Positions 24,357 through 39,739 of a DNA stretch of 64,000 nt are shown one piece after another. The notes below the pieces were generated by a model that ran no database searches, had not been told where the DNA came from, and saw only the letters and a list, made by a program, of their open reading frames with translations. The DNA comes from the human T2T-CHM13v2.0 reference genome, Homo sapiens. The position numbers were made by a program, and so were the translations under genes. Where the stretch lies: NCBI RefSeq assembly GCF_009914755.1, contig NC_060928.1; one strand, given 5' to 3'. Position 1 is the first letter of the stretch; each line of letters opens with the position of its first letter.

Positions 24357-25128
24357 ATATGTTACGTTAAGTAAATTTCATCTCAATTAGACAAACGATG
24401 ATAAGGAAAATAAAGTAAAAGTAAAATTGGGCCTGAAAAGTTGTTCAGTAGAATTCCTGGGGTGTCAAAGATCAGGTGAAGCACTTAGTTCCTGGAGTAT
24501 AGCGAATGAACATGATTTTTTTTTAGATGTGAGATGATTAGGAAAAAATGGTAAAGAGAACAAGAGGAGAGTAGAGGTCTACAGGAAATCAGATCATTTT
24601 GAAGAGGTAATTGGCTAGACAAGTCTGAATTGTTCTGCTTTCTGTATCACTTTTAATTAAAGTTCAATAAGTATTTATGATATACCTACTAGTTAAGTGA
24701 TCAAGTTTATTCTGGTTCAAAGAGACAAATATGATGTGGTTCCATGTCTTGTTTTTACAGTTTCTAATAGTCCTCAATTACTACATCTTCCTTTTTCCAG
24801 GAATTTAACAATCCCTACTTTATCTATTGTAGAGCTCCTTTTTTTTTTGTAAGTATTTTGTCAATCTGTATCAGTGTTTTAAATATAGAAACCTAATACT
24901 AGTGTTACAATAGCAATAAAAATGAAATAAGAGGAAAAAAAGAAAAAAATACTCTAAGTCTTTTACATTCATTGCTAAGAAACTCTTCAAGTCAGGACAA
25001 TTTGGAATGCTATTAATTTGCATAATAAATATACTTTTAAAATTAGAGTCATTATACTTCTTCTAAATGAATATATGTCCTGAATGTAGACCCAGACAGA
25101 TTTCTGTGTGAATAATAAGAGCTGGTAA

Positions 25129-25510
<382 letters not shown>

Positions 25511-26044
25511 CCATTTTTTGGATTTATATGTGGCACAATGATGTCTGGAAAAAATCAGCTAATCAATATTTATGAATAGATTCTGTGGATCATGAAACTT
25601 GTTAAAGGTTTACAAAGACTAAATGCAATAAAAAACGTTTTAGGGAAAAAGTGGAATCATCACGTTTTCCATAAAAAGTGCAAGCCATCATATTGGCACG
25701 GTGTGCCTGCTGATTAGGAAGTAGGTATGAATCTGTCTAGTTTCTTAAAATCCTAGTGAAAATGTCTCTTTCTGGCTATGCTGGACCGCAACATGACCAG
25801 ATCCTATGGCACTGCTAGCTGCTAGCACCATGAGGCAAATGACCTGCTGTGATTCTGACTCTATCTGAAGTTTCATTATCTTTGGACTTCACAGCCCCGC
25901 CAGTGGGGGTTTTGGCCTTGGTTTTCTGTATCAGTACAAAAGCCTAGGGAAATAATTTGACCTCCAAGATAAAAAAGAGTATTTGCAATCTGATCAATCT
26001 GCTGTTGCTCTTGGTTTCCACAAGCACATCTTTGTCTTCAATCA

Positions 26045-26420
26045 ACAGTTCTTAAGTGTAGTTCAGGAACCCATTAGGGTCCCTGAGATAATTTCAGGTA
26101 GTTTGAACACTAAAATATTTTTTCTAATAATAGGAAAACAGTATTTGCTTTTTTTTTTTTTTTTTTACTATGTTGACATTTGTGCTGATGGTGCAAAAGC
26201 AATGATGGGTAAAAAGCGGGTATATTTTACTTACTGAAAAAAAATGCTTGAAAAATGGTGATTACTGAAGCTTTGTTTTTTCTGGTACACATTTTCTCCA
26301 AGTGGCTGATGTGAGCCTCTTGATTGGCTTTATTTGTTGATTCAATTTGAGCTTTTAGGTAAAAACTTCAACTTTGGAAGACTTGAATCGAGCACTGGGA
26401 ACTTGACAGCTTTTCAGTAC
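26045..26420. mobile_element. Charlie1-like hAT fossil
   Basis: GGGTCCCTGAGA...TGTTGACATTTGTGCTGATGGTGCAAAAGCAATGATGGGTAAAA is characteristic Charlie1 text. Confidence 0.75.
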
Positions 26421-26421
26421 A

Positions 26422-27004
26422 TGTACTAGTTTTCTGTTGCTGTGTAACAAATTATTTAAAAACTTAATGGCTTAAAATAATATTCATGTATCCTCTCACA
26501 GATCTGTATGGCAGAAGTCTGGGCATTGCATAGCTGAGAGTTCAGGGTCTCACAAGGCTGAAAGTAAGATGCCATTTAGTCTTCGTTCTCTGGAACTCAA
26601 AGTCCTCTCCTAAGCTTATAGGGTTGGTGACAGAATTTAGTGGTTGTAATACTGAGGTCCCCATTTTTTGTTGGATGTTGTCCAGAGGTGACTCTCAAAT
26701 CCTAGAGGCCACTTTCTCGCCCTTGCCACGTCTTCCCTGACCCCATCTCCTAGGCCCGTAATGGAGAATCTCCCTCAGGTGAAATCTCTGTCCCCATTAA
26801 AAGGGAAATGAGGAGTCCCTTTTAATGAGTGGTCTGGTTATGTCAGTTTCACTATGGATAATTTTCCTTTTTTAAAGTTAACTGTGTCACATAACATGAC
26901 CTAATCATGAGAGTTGATCTCATCATTTTCACAGGTTCAGCCCACCTTCATGGAGAAGGAAATATACAGAGTATATACTGATGGTTAGATATCTACCACC
27001 TCAC
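26422..27004 (-). mobile_element. MLT1E/F-type LTR
   Basis: TGTACTAGTTTTCTGTTGCTGTGTAACAAATTA...AAAACTTAATGGCTTAAAA...GGGTCTCACAAGGCTGAAA. Confidence 0.8.
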
Positions 27005-27529
27005 AGGCTCAGAATCACATCATCCCTGAGAAAAGAGTGAATTTACATCTTTAGGCTTGGATTGGAATTCCATTTTGATCTTCAAAATAAAAACAACCTT
27101 CCTGTAACACTTCTTCTCAGATAACAGAGTCATTCTCCAATTCTCTTGAAAAAGTTTACTCTCTGCCTCTAGGAAGCTCATGTCCTTCTGTAAGAGTAAT
27201 CTACCCGCACATGAAAATGAAGGCCACACAGCCCACAGTGCTCAGTCTTATCTTCCTTGGGGACAGTGTTCTGTTTAGTAACCCCAAGATAATGTGCTGA
27301 TATCCATTTTACTATGAAAAAAGTAAAAGACAATCATAAATAAATGCTCTTGCCATTAGGATTCCTAAACATAAAAATGTATTAGAAGCAATCCATATCT
27401 CCAAAAAGAATCCTATAGTAGAAGACAGAACCCTAGGTCAAATCCCATTGCTAAACTGTCCCTGCCCTAGCTCCCATACCAGTTTCCAGTGTTCTATATT
27501 ATATGGAAATGACCTGCACATGTGCTGGT

Positions 27530-27830
27530 AATACTATTTATCAGGAACTCACACTTTGCCAGGCGTTATGCTGGTTGCTTAATAATGGTGATGAGAATGA
27601 TAATACGCACCACATATATATCACTTACTGTCTTTAATATTACATCCTGATGCTATATGTCCATATTACTATGGTACTAGTGTTATTTCCATTTTACAGA
27701 TAGGGAACGTGAGGCAAAGAGAATTTGCATACAGTATCCAGCATTCCTCACAGTCAGTCAGGAGCAAATCCAGGTTACAACTCAGGTAGTCTAGCTCCTG
27801 AGACTGACCTCAGCTATTACACCTTGGCAC
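27530..27830 (-). mobile_element. MIR
   Basis: Core TTATTTCCATTTTACAGATAGGGAACGTGAGGCAAAGAGA. Confidence 0.75.
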
Positions 27831-30339
27831 CTCTCCTAAATCTTGTAAAATTATTCAAAGATAAACCCTTCAACATAATAAATCCTATATACAACTGTTA
27901 CTTATAATATCTAACGTCCAAAAAGGAGATAAAGGCATCCTTGAGAATACCGTTTTAATGGGAGGAGGAATGGCAGGAGAAACATATTTAGCTATAAACA
28001 TTTCTGGTACAGCCAGGCACCTTCATATACAATTACTAGAATAGTTAATATTCATACCTGGACTGTCTGTTAACCTTCTTGAATGTAATGGATAGCTAAG
28101 GGTTCAGATATACATATATTTTTCTCCCTTCATCCTAGAGGTGAATCAGATAATCCTGTCTCAGAGAATCCAGGACAGATAATTGGCTATCCAAAAGAAA
28201 AGCATTCCTTTTTATATTACCCAAAGCAACATCTCAAATTATTAGTGTCTTTCTTAGGCAAATCTCCATTGATGCCGAACTAAGGTCCTGGATGTTAGTT
28301 GACTATAAGAAAATTAAATGATCTCTCTCTCTCTCTCTGTGTCTCTCTCTCTGTATTGGAGATAAATAATTTGGCTTTAATTATTACAGAATCATGAAAT
28401 CATGTGATTGAACGTGGCTTTACTGACAGAGACACTGAGACACAGAAAGTAAGATTAATTGTTTAAGGTCACACAGCTAATTAATTTTATAACATGGATT
28501 AGAACACAGATCTCCTGATTCTAAGTCTAGTGTTCTTCATCAGAATTACGTGATTTCCAACAAAGCTGGTATGTATTAACGTAATCACATTTCATGATCG
28601 TAATCCATGCTGCGGGCATACTAGATTTTAAAATTAATTCCCCTTTCCTTTTAACTTTCTTAAAGAGTAGAAGTGAAAGACAATCTTAGTCTTTTTAAAA
28701 TAGGAAGCTTTTGTTGACTTGAATAATAATCACAAGACAGTGAAAACAGAAGCTCTTCTTAAACTTAATTATAGATAAATGAGTAGTTCTTTACTGTCAG
28801 CTCGTCATTTGCATGTATTATCTTTTTACATTTAAATGTATTAAAAGAAGAAAAAAATGATTGTTAAGTCTACATATATTTTGCAAGGTCTTTCTCTTTC
28901 TATTGTTCGAAAAATACCTCACCTGGTATTGGGGTTTAAAAAAATGGCAATATATATTAATCCACAAAGAACTTATATAGCTTTGTGATTATGAATAGAG
29001 AAAAATATGAGAAAAGGCAAAGTTAGCAAAAAAAAATCTTTAAAAGTAAGCAAAAATTTCATGTCAGTCAAATACATTAAAGCTAGATGCTTTGAAACTC
29101 TACTTGCTAAGCCTTGGGCATAAAACAAGAAAGCTATGAGCTTGGCTGAATAAAACACACACATTCATGAGTTGTTGGCAGGTTTTGAAAGTTAAAGTAT
29201 GAACATTGGGCTTTCTATACATATAAATATGTATTTAGGCTTGTCTATATATATTTGAACTTTTTAGAGGTACCATTCTTCAGTGAATTACAAAATATTT
29301 AAAAAAATCATGGATTAAAAATGAGATAATAAAAATATTAAATGCAATATTTGGGACAGAAAATTGACATCTGTGATTGCCATTAAATGTCTCAAAATGT
29401 TAGAATGTACATCTCTTGACATCAAATTTTTAAGTAGTTGAAATTTAACTTTCAATTTACATGAAAGGCAGAAAGACATTTCCTTTTTTCTTAATCAAAT
29501 GCAGTGTTGTGCCTACCCAGGAATGCTCAGAAAAGGCAGAGAGCTGTCATCAGAAAGCCAGTTAAGATGGAGAGGCAAATTTCTACTTGTGAAGAAAGCC
29601 TGGTAGGATAAATTCAGGATCTTACAGCTAGGGTTTTAGAGTTGGGTCTTGAGCAGAAAAAGTCTTGTTAGAGCCATAATCCATGCAATGTCAGTTGGGA
29701 AATGTCAATTAAGACTGTCATTCTAGAGGGATCTCTAATTTATTTATGGCCATTTATTTATTAAGCTAAAAGTGTGTCAAGACACTTCAGGAAAGTGGTA
29801 TTGTAATTCCTTCCCTCTCCACCCCAAAGGAAAATGGTTTTTGGACAGAATCAAGAATACTGTGAAAGATACGAGAGTCTTAACCCACACAGTACTAGCC
29901 CCCCTTCATTTCCCCACCTCTCTTCCATTCCGTGTTCCTATTTCTGAATTCTACTCACTTTACTCTTATTTCCCTTCTCAGACGGACTACTATTTCTTCA
30001 TTATTGTCTTCCATATTCTCTTAAATTTCTTCTGATATCAGCTCATATGTGAACTGATTTTTTCTTTTTATTGTCTATACACAAATGCTATTAATATCAT
30101 ATTTCTAGATGTTCAATGGAGTCAATTAATGTAAGTTAAAAGAATGGACTCCCTAAACTCCCAAAGTACGTAAGGGGATTCAGATGAATGAGCACTATGT
30201 TAAACTGTCTTTAGTGTTTTTGCATATTTTACATCCCATAGTTTTTATTTTTTAGGTCATTCTTGGATTCAGCACTGGTGTTTAATACCTTGGATTAATG
30301 AGAAGAAAGACTTTCAGATTTTAAAGAAAAAATGCTGTG

Positions 30340-30600
30340 TCTTTGAATCATATCCTCTCATAGTTGGAAAAGACATTATTACTCATCTAATCTTTTCTCT
30401 CCCCAAAGTAGAAATTTGTAATAACCTCCTGAGAGCTCATCAGCTTCTTGAAGGGTAAACATTTTGGAGAGTTTAGTATCTGTCAAGACAGTTCATTCCA
30501 TTTTGAGTTCAAAATTATTGCTAGAGCATTCTTCCTTTTATTGGTTTATCTTGTAAGTTTCCCTTTCTGATTTTATTTCTACCAAATGGAACAAGATGCT
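30340..30600. mobile_element. Possible L3/CR1 fragment
   Basis: GACAGTTCATTCCATTTTGAG...ATTGCTAGAGCATTCTTCCTTTTATTG resembles L3 3'-region text; very decayed. Confidence 0.4.
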
Positions 30601-32069
30601 AAGAGGGCATTTTTACATTATTTTATTGTATTTACATGCCCCCATTTCCCCCTCGAACTTTTCCCTAAAACTAACAGTATCTGTCACTTTTTTAAAGCAA
30701 TGTTTTGCTTTAATAATGCAGTGACAGCTTTATTATTTTATAATTATTTTAGCAACTAGCACAGTTCCACTTAATTAGGAAACTCTTTATTTGAAAAAAT
30801 TTATAGTACCTCGATAGGTTATTAGCTAAGGGGATAGGACCTCAAGGGCTATGCTGATGGGGGGCCAGTTGAAAGGGAAATGTTTATGGTTGCCCTGAAC
30901 ACAGGAGAGAAACATGTTTTACTCAAATAATGAAGCTTTAACTGGGTGGAAGAGGGAGCCAGCAAAATGAAGAGGAGCTAAAACAATTTGTTATAAGGGC
31001 CTATGAAAGATCACTCTCCTTCCCACTCAACCTACTGCATAAAAGCCAAGATACACATTTAGAATCCTGATGACTCCAGTTCACATTTCAAGGTATTTGC
31101 AAAGATCTTACATAAACCTACCTCCTTATGCTACATGAGATCTTCTTCAAATCCTGCTATGTGTTTCTGTGCAGTGTAGGTGCTGATGTTTATGGAAGAG
31201 GTGTTGAATTTCACATCTGGGAATATTCTACGTAACAGGCAGAACACAGTCATACCGGGAAGTTGGAGAAAAACATATGAGTATACTGGGAAGTCGAAGA
31301 AATGTTATGAGAATGTTACATTTTCATTTTTCACAGAATTGGAAAGTTCTAATTATTTTCCACCTAGATTTTTCAAAAATATAAAGGTTTATACACAAAT
31401 ACTGTTTTTTAAACCAATATTTTCCTTCTCTGCATGCAGTTTTCTGTATGTTGCTTAAAATATGTTACCCAGAACATAATGCAAAAGTGAAAACATGAGC
31501 CAACTGGCTCGGTGCTCTCATTTGCTCTGTGGCTCAGTTATCTCATTTTTATGTTTCCATATATTGAACTCTAAGAATATTCCAAATACGCCAAAAAGTA
31601 ACAAATTGACGTGAACGTTCTCGTCCTATTTTGAAAATTTCTAATTTATCTTTTCAGCTCCCAAATAAGTTAGCGTCTCTTACAACCCTCCTTTAAAAGA
31701 TCAGTGGATGAGTTATGCCTTGTGAAATACAGATTACCCATTTGCCCATTCAACAAATATTTACTGACTTCTTAACAAATGTCAAACACCGTTGCAAGAG
31801 TGAACTTTACAAAAATGAAGACATATTCTTTATCCTGTAACGATTTAATAACTAGTGAAATAGAAAAAAATGAACAGAATTGTTTTTACTTGTAGAATAA
31901 ATTAAGGAAAGTTGCAGAACAATGTGTATACTACAATCTTATAAGTTCAAATTTTTTAAAAGGCATAAATATGAGTCCTTCTATGAAAATACTGAAAAGA
32001 TATACAACTGTTAATAGTGGGAATAGGGAAAGGACGGAAGAGAAAGAAAACTATTACTTTAATTCACAG

Positions 32070-32522
32070 TTTCTTAATGTTCCCCTAATTTCCATTTTCT
32101 GTTCCAAAATAGCATCAGGGATATCACATTGCATTTAGTCATTGTGTCTCCAGGCTCCTCTTGGCTGTGATACTTACACAGACTTGACTTTTCTCTTGGT
32201 TACCTGGACAGTTTTGAGGATTGCTGATCAGGATGTTTTTGTTTTGTTTTGTTGTTGTTTTAGAATGTCCCTCAACTGGAAATTGCTTGAATTAGTCTCA
32301 TGATCAAACCTAGGTTATGAGTTTTGGGGAGAAAGTCACAGAGATAAAGTACCATTCTTACCTCATCATGTCAAAGCTGCATACTATCAACATGCCATCA
32401 TTGTTGATATTAACCATTTGGCTGAGATTGTTTTGTAGGTTTCTCCACTGTGAAGTTATTCTTTTTGCCGCTTTCCATAGTCTACTCTTTGGAAAGAAGT
32501 CAATATGCACAGCCCACACTTA
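32070..32522 (-). mobile_element. L1MC-type 3'UTR fragment
   Basis: GGATATCACATTGCATTTAGTCATTGTGTCTCC...GACAGTTTTGAGGA...GGTTTCTCCACTGTGAAGTTA. Confidence 0.75.
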
Positions 32523-32854
32523 AAGACCCAGCGTTGCTGGAGGTAAAGCTCAGGAAAGGGTGTATGTGTAGGCAGGGGCAGAAGAGACTCAGAAATTGAC
32601 CCAAAAGAGTTTCTCTTGTCACTCGGTCACATTAAGCCTCCAGCAATTTGTCAGAAGTCATTTCACTGTTTCTATAGTTTATGGCTCTAACACTTTCTGC
32701 TCCATATAAGCAGATCTTAGCTATGACTCTGGAATTCTCTGTCTCTCCAGATTTCAGATTGTAGTTCATTGTACAATCTCAGTATATTAAGTTCAAGGAA
32801 ACACATTGTTTTGTTTTTGTATGTCCAACTTTTTCTTGTTGTAACAATGGGATG

Positions 32855-33240
32855 GTGTTTGTTAGAACTGCCATAACAGAGTATGGCTGAGTAGATTGAA
32901 CAACAAAAATTTGCTTTGCACAGTTTTGGAAGATGGAAGTCTGAGATCAAGATGCCAGCAGGATAATATCTTCTGAAGCCTCTCTCTTTGGCCTGTAGTT
33001 GACTGTCTTTTTGTCTTCTCATTGTTTCTTTACATAGTCTTCCCTCTGTGTGTGTCTGTGCCCTATTCTCCTCTCCTTATATGGGTGTCGGTCATTTTAA
33101 TAAGGGCCCACCCTAAAATTTTTATTTTATTTTATTACCTGTTTAAAGACCTTAGCTCCAAACACAATCACTTTTTGAGGCACTGGGAGCTTACGTCTTC
33201 AACATACGAATTTTGAAGAGATACAATTCAGCACATAGCA
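32855..33240 (-). mobile_element. MLT1B/C LTR
   Basis: CTGCCATAACAGAGTA...ACAGTTTTGGAAGATGGAAGTCTGAGATCAAG...GATACAATTCAGCACATAGCA. Confidence 0.8.
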
Positions 33241-33540
33241 GATGGCAAGGACAATTTCTAAGCTCTTTACAATATGGAGCTTAAAGTGGAAGTGCCAGTA
33301 AGCAAACGTTAAATGTCAATATTTTATGTGCTGTGTTTGGGTGTGTTAAATACTATTAGCAAAGGGTCCATAGTGAATTACTAGCAAACAGTCTATGGTA
33401 AAATTTGCTCAAATTAAAGACTCAGAGACATCTGCTCCCTATGTTCTCTACAGGTGAGCTGTGAGGATTAAGCATATTCTGCATGTCCACAATGGTGCCT
33501 TTCGCAGAACCAGAAGTAAATAATTAGTGCTTATTATTAT

Positions 33541-33893
33541 TGTCTCAGTCAATTTGGAATGCTATAACTAGAATACATTAGATTGAGTGGCTTATAACAA
33601 CAGCAATTTATTTTTGAAAGCTGTGTAGGCTGGGAAGTTCAACATCAAGGCACCAGCAGATTTGATGTCTGATAAGGGCTTGCTTCTTGATTCATAGACA
33701 GCCATTTTCCCCATGTCCTCATATGGCACAAGGAGCAAGGGAGATTTCTGGGGCCCCTTATAAGGGAACTAATTCCATTCATAAAAACAGAGCCTCCAGG
33801 ACTTCCCAAAGACCCCACTTTGAAATGCTGTCACATTGGGGATTAAATTTCAACGTATAAATTTTGGGGGAGATGAATATTCAATCTATAGCA
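33541..33893 (-). mobile_element. MLT1A-type LTR
   Basis: TGTCTCAGTC...GCTATAAC...GGCTGGGAAGTTCAACATCAAGGCACCAGCAGATTTG...ATTCAATCTATAGCA. Confidence 0.82.
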
Positions 33894-35775
33894 ATTACCA
33901 AATCTGAAAAGGACAATTCCATAAACGGACAAAGAATATGACTCTCACTGAGCTGGGACAGAGAGTTGGGCTACCAGAAGTAGGAATAGCCAATTAAAGC
34001 TACAAGCCATAAGGGAATATGAAGATTTTAATCGCTTATTGTTATGGTATAAGCAAGAGTCTAAAACTGTAATGTACTGCAATGAGTAAATAAGTAAATA
34101 ATCTAGATTTCAAAAAGCAATATTTCTCAAACTTTATCTCCTAAAAGATTATAAAAATACTTATTATGATAACACATCCTGAATTTCCGATTCGGTACAT
34201 CACAGGTTAAAGCCTAAGAAAATGCAATTTCTGCCTTTTTGATAAGCTGACTGGGGTAATTCTTATTTATACAGTCTTCAGACTAGACTCTGATAAACAT
34301 TTTTATGTGGTTAATTTGAAAAGAAAAAGTGTGATTTCTATAAAATGATAGAAAATAATTTGGTGTGATTAAAAAATGTCCCAGAGGTTTAATAGCTTCT
34401 GATCTGAGATCTGCCACTGAATCTTGCTAAAAATTACCTAGGTAACCTCCCTTGCTCTCAGTTTCTTCATTGTTAAAATATGCACATTTAATCACACAAT
34501 CTTAATGTTTCCATCACATTCTAAAATTCTACGTGGATAACAAAATTGTAAGTGTTACTACGGAAAATTCCTTTTTACTACTCTTAGAACCACTCAAGCT
34601 CTGACAAATATGTGAATTCTTTCCAATTTTGAATTGGTGCAGCTTTTTAAATAATTTCTTTAATGGGAGAGATGTATATAACTTTCCTTCCACACACAAC
34701 AAATAAACTTCAGGAAATAGAAGTGTTCACCACCCATAGACTCCTTCTGTTTTTATCAGGGTGGCCTTTGTGCTTCGTTTTTGGAGCTGAGAGAGATGAT
34801 AGATTTTTCCATTACAGAGCTTGACATTTAGAGATTTAATAATTGATCTTAATACTAAGAGTGAAAACTATCTTAGGTTTTAATTTTACTTTCAGTTTTT
34901 ACTAATGAATTACAAGCAATTATTTCCTTATCTTTACTGAATCTTGAATCGCCATTGGAAAAATGAATGTGTTTTACACTAACATTTTTATTTTATCTTT
35001 TATCAAATTGACTCTATTGCTTTTAGCAGCAACCTAGAAATATGGTTAGGTGTGAAATGTTCAGACGTCAAACTGTCCCATTAAGGCCAAAACTTACAAC
35101 TTATCTGCTGTGAAATTTCAGACAAATGATTTACTCTTTACAACTCAGTTTTTAAGCAACTGTAAAGTAGGAATATTAGTAATTGTGGCTATCTTTTGCT
35201 TTTTCATTTGATCATAGTGTTTTCACTTAGAGTTTATATTCAGTTTATAGAGCATACACCAAAACATGCTTTGAGGAAATTATGATCACAATCACATATC
35301 AATAAGCAAGTACAGAGAATATTTCCAAAACAGTTCACCTAAACCCAGATAAGTTGACAAGCCTTATTTAAGGTCATGCAAGCGTATCAGGAGATAGAAA
35401 GACAAATATGTAACATTTCCCAACATTCACCACTCTACACTAACTTCTATCATTCACCACTCTAAACTAACTTTTAGCCCTGAAAAGAACCTAAAACTCT
35501 TATAAGAACTCACTGTGGTACTAAAAGGCAAGTTAATTTCTCAAGCCTCGTTATTGGTATTACCTTCTGCTTGAGGAAAGGTCTTCATGAAAGAGCTCAA
35601 ACAGTTGGCATCCACAATTTTCTTCATGCAAAGAGGCCACAGTGCAATAAGAGCTTGTGTACATATAAAAAAAAAAGCTGTGATTGTAGTGGCTTACCAC
35701 TATAACTTAGTATCTGACAAAGATTCGAAAAACAAAAGCAAGGATTTCCCAATATAAGCTTTGGCGTAAGAGACC

Positions 35776-36389
35776 TGTAGTACTCCAGTATTATTTTCCT
35801 TAATCCCTGGACTCTGCACACTGTGAGATACCATCCTATGTGATTATGTCAGTTTACACGGCAGATGTATTTAAGGTTATTAGCTAGTTGACTTTGAGTT
35901 TAATCAAAACAGAAAGTATCAGGGTACAACTAATCACGGGAGCCCTTTAAAAGAAGAGAGTTTTCTTTGGCTGATGGCCAAAGGGAAAGTCAGAAAGAGT
36001 CAAAGTAGAAGAACTGAATGTGTTCTTGCTGGTTTGAAGATGGAGAGGAAACCAAATATGAAAATATGCAAATAACTTCTAGAAGCTGAGAATAACTCCC
36101 TGCTGACAACAAGCAAGAAAAAAGACAGAACAGACCTTCAGCTTTAAGAACTCGATTTTGCCAACAAATGGAGTGAGATTGGAAGTAGATTCGTTCTCAG
36201 ATTCTTTAGATAGGAAACCTACCCAGTGAATACTTCGATTTGACCTTGTAAGGTCTTAAAACAGAACTCAATCAAGTCCTCCAGACAGACGTTTGACTTA
36301 CAGATCTGTGAGCTAATACATGAGTGTGTTTTAAGCTGCTTATGTATAGTAATTTATTACATAGCAATAGCACTAAAAAAACTAATACA
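35776..36389 (+). mobile_element. MLT1D/E-type LTR
   Basis: TTGACTTTGAGTTTAATCAAAA...GCTGGTTTGAAGATGGAG...TTTTAAGCTGCT...AACTAATACA. Confidence 0.75.
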
Positions 36390-36849
36390 GAACCCTTGCA
36401 CATCCAGTTATTCTCTGTGTTTCTGCTGTTCCACTCCATGCAAAAGTGGTGTTATGACATCCAGTTGGTGCTCATAATATAAATATGGTGAGTGTCCCTT
36501 CATCATGTCCATACACACTGGCCAGAGCCCTCTTTTATACAGTCAAAGTTTGGACAGCTTTCTTGGGTACCCAAAATCTGAGCAAGAGAACCTAAAAAAT
36601 TCTTTCATTTTATGGTAAACACATATATATTGGCCCAGAAATTTCACAGGTCAAACAAGCTGTTCTTGTCTACTTATTGTTTTCAGTGAACTTGGGGAAC
36701 TTGGTTAATCAGTTTGAGACACGTTTTTCTTTTATAAAATATGGTTAATAATATCAAAGTCATAATATTTTCTTGAAAATATGTTGAACTATGTAAAGTG
36801 CTTAGCATAGTCTCTGGCACAGTGAGGGGTCAATGATGAATTTTTTTTT

Positions 36850-37270
36850 CATATTTTTTTTTGTTCAACCAAGGAAATTGAGAAACTACAATGTGGTAAA
36901 GGCAACATTATAGGATGGCGTGAAACTGACACACATCCCTGTTCCTATATTGTTTATAATAAAATTAGAGAGGGGGACAATAACATCCTCATTTATGTTT
37001 GTAATAAGTTGTCACAAATGCTATCAAGGAAAAACACGAGGAGCTATGAAGGAAGGTAGATAAGCAGTCAAGAGAGACTCCCTTCATTATGTGATATTTG
37101 ACTTGAGACCTACAGTATTGCAGTATTGAATGTGCAAAGAGCTGAGAGGTTGGGCAGTGTGCAATGAAGGAAGCTTCAATGGCAAAGGGCAAAGCGTGTG
37201 GAAAAATCCTGGGGGAAGAGGAAACGCAGGACATCTGAAGAACTGGAAGAGGGTCAGTAGGGCTGGAGGA
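36850..37270 (-). mobile_element. L2 fragment
   Basis: AAATGCTATCAAGGAAAA...GTGATATTTGACTTGAGACCT...GGCAAAGGGCAAAGCGTGTGGAAAAATCCTG. Confidence 0.55.
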
Positions 37271-38475
37271 CCTAAGAGAAAGAATGCTAAAAGTGCTCAT
37301 ACAAATAAAACTATAAATGGTTCCATTAGGTATAATTTATTTAAAAACAAAATTGCAGATTTTTTTTTCTAAGGTCCTTTTAAACTCATATTGTCTAAAA
37401 TATACTTCTATAATATTAAGAGTTTCAAAGCAGGCTGTATAATTATTCTTAACATTTTCAGGTAAAATGTAAAACAATGCTTAGGGTGTGGGAGTCATAA
37501 GAAAGTCTAAGGTTGACTTGAAATTTTTGAAACAAAGAGCAGAAATTTTAAAAAACCGCAGAAACTTCAACAGATGACATTAATGTGGGAGGAAGAGTAA
37601 ATAATAAAGAAAATACAGCAAGATACATGAAGACTTAGATCATTTAAATGCTAAAAGATGAAAGCTAGTTCAAAATAGCTCTTAATCAAACAGTGACACA
37701 TCTCTGCAAAAAAGGAATATCAAACAATTGCATATCATTAAGTCTAAGGTAGCAAAAAGTAAAAGTATAAAGGTGATCTGTGTACATCATTAAATCTGAA
37801 AGATCAGTAATAAGATTTTTTTAAGCTGTAACATTAAAAGGAAAGACCAAGTATAATTAAGTAGGGCAGAAAGAGTCTAAAGGATCAATGAACATCAACA
37901 ATCTCAGTAACAGAAAAAATAAGAAGAAATTCGGAGTAAGAATGTCAGAAGTAATACTACCAATAAAACTATAACTGGTTTCTATAACAGTAGGTGTGAT
38001 TTATTTAAAACTAAAACTTTACATGTTTGCCTAAGTTTAGGAACTTTCTCAGAAATTATTTTCTGTGTTCTCATTTAATCTCAGACCAATCGATGAGTGG
38101 ATGGGTAAGGGAGTGAAGCCCTGACTCTCCTATATTTTGAAACCAGAATCATACATTTTTCCATCTTTCACTAGCATGAATTGTCAAAGTCAAATTAGAG
38201 GCAGTTAATCAATTGGAGGCTACCTACTCTGTGTGTCATTCATGCAATCAGCACCTAAAATCCTCGCTAGGAAAATCCTCCAAAGGATGTCAAAGGAATA
38301 CAGGGCAACAGTCCCTTCCAGAGTTGATACACACTCTGTTCAGGCTGCCCTTCTGCACTTTCTTTTCTTTTTTTTTTTTAAGTGATCTCGATAGTAACTT
38401 AATCTTATTTCATTTGTATAAATAAGAATTCACGTTTAGTGTGTTCATGTACGTGTGTTTGAGGAACTGAAATGA

Positions 38476-39194
<719 letters not shown>

Positions 39195-39739
39195 AGAACT
39201 TTTACACCTTCCACCTCTTGGGAGCTGGGGATTAATAACTGATCTTGCTCTTAAATCATTCCAGGAGTTTTGAAATAAGTCATGAGAATCAGATAGATAG
39301 AGATCAATGTATAGATTTCATTAGGGATCAAGCTAATTACAGTCTGAACTTGAATCCGTGGGCTGATGTGCTTTCTAATCATGGCTTTCCCCACCCTCAA
39401 TTCTCACTGTCTTTGGCAGAACTACATACTGCCGAGGCCTTGGAATAAAGGCAGAGTGAGCAATATGCACTCTTTCCTTTTGCCCAATTACACCAAAGAA
39501 GAAGAGTGAGCCAGAGATCCTTGGAGGCCGGACGCGTTCTTCCCAATTGATGCTCCTTCCTATCTAGAAGGAATCTAAGATAAGTTCCTAGGCCACTCCC
39601 CAGGATTGAGGAGTAGCCCATGTTGGGATGTCCCCCGGACCCCAAGACAATATAGTAAAGGCATTGCCACTTGACTGACTCTGACTCCAATTCCTTTGGC
39701 ATTCTTATTTTCTTTTCGATTTTTCATTAATTTGTTGAC

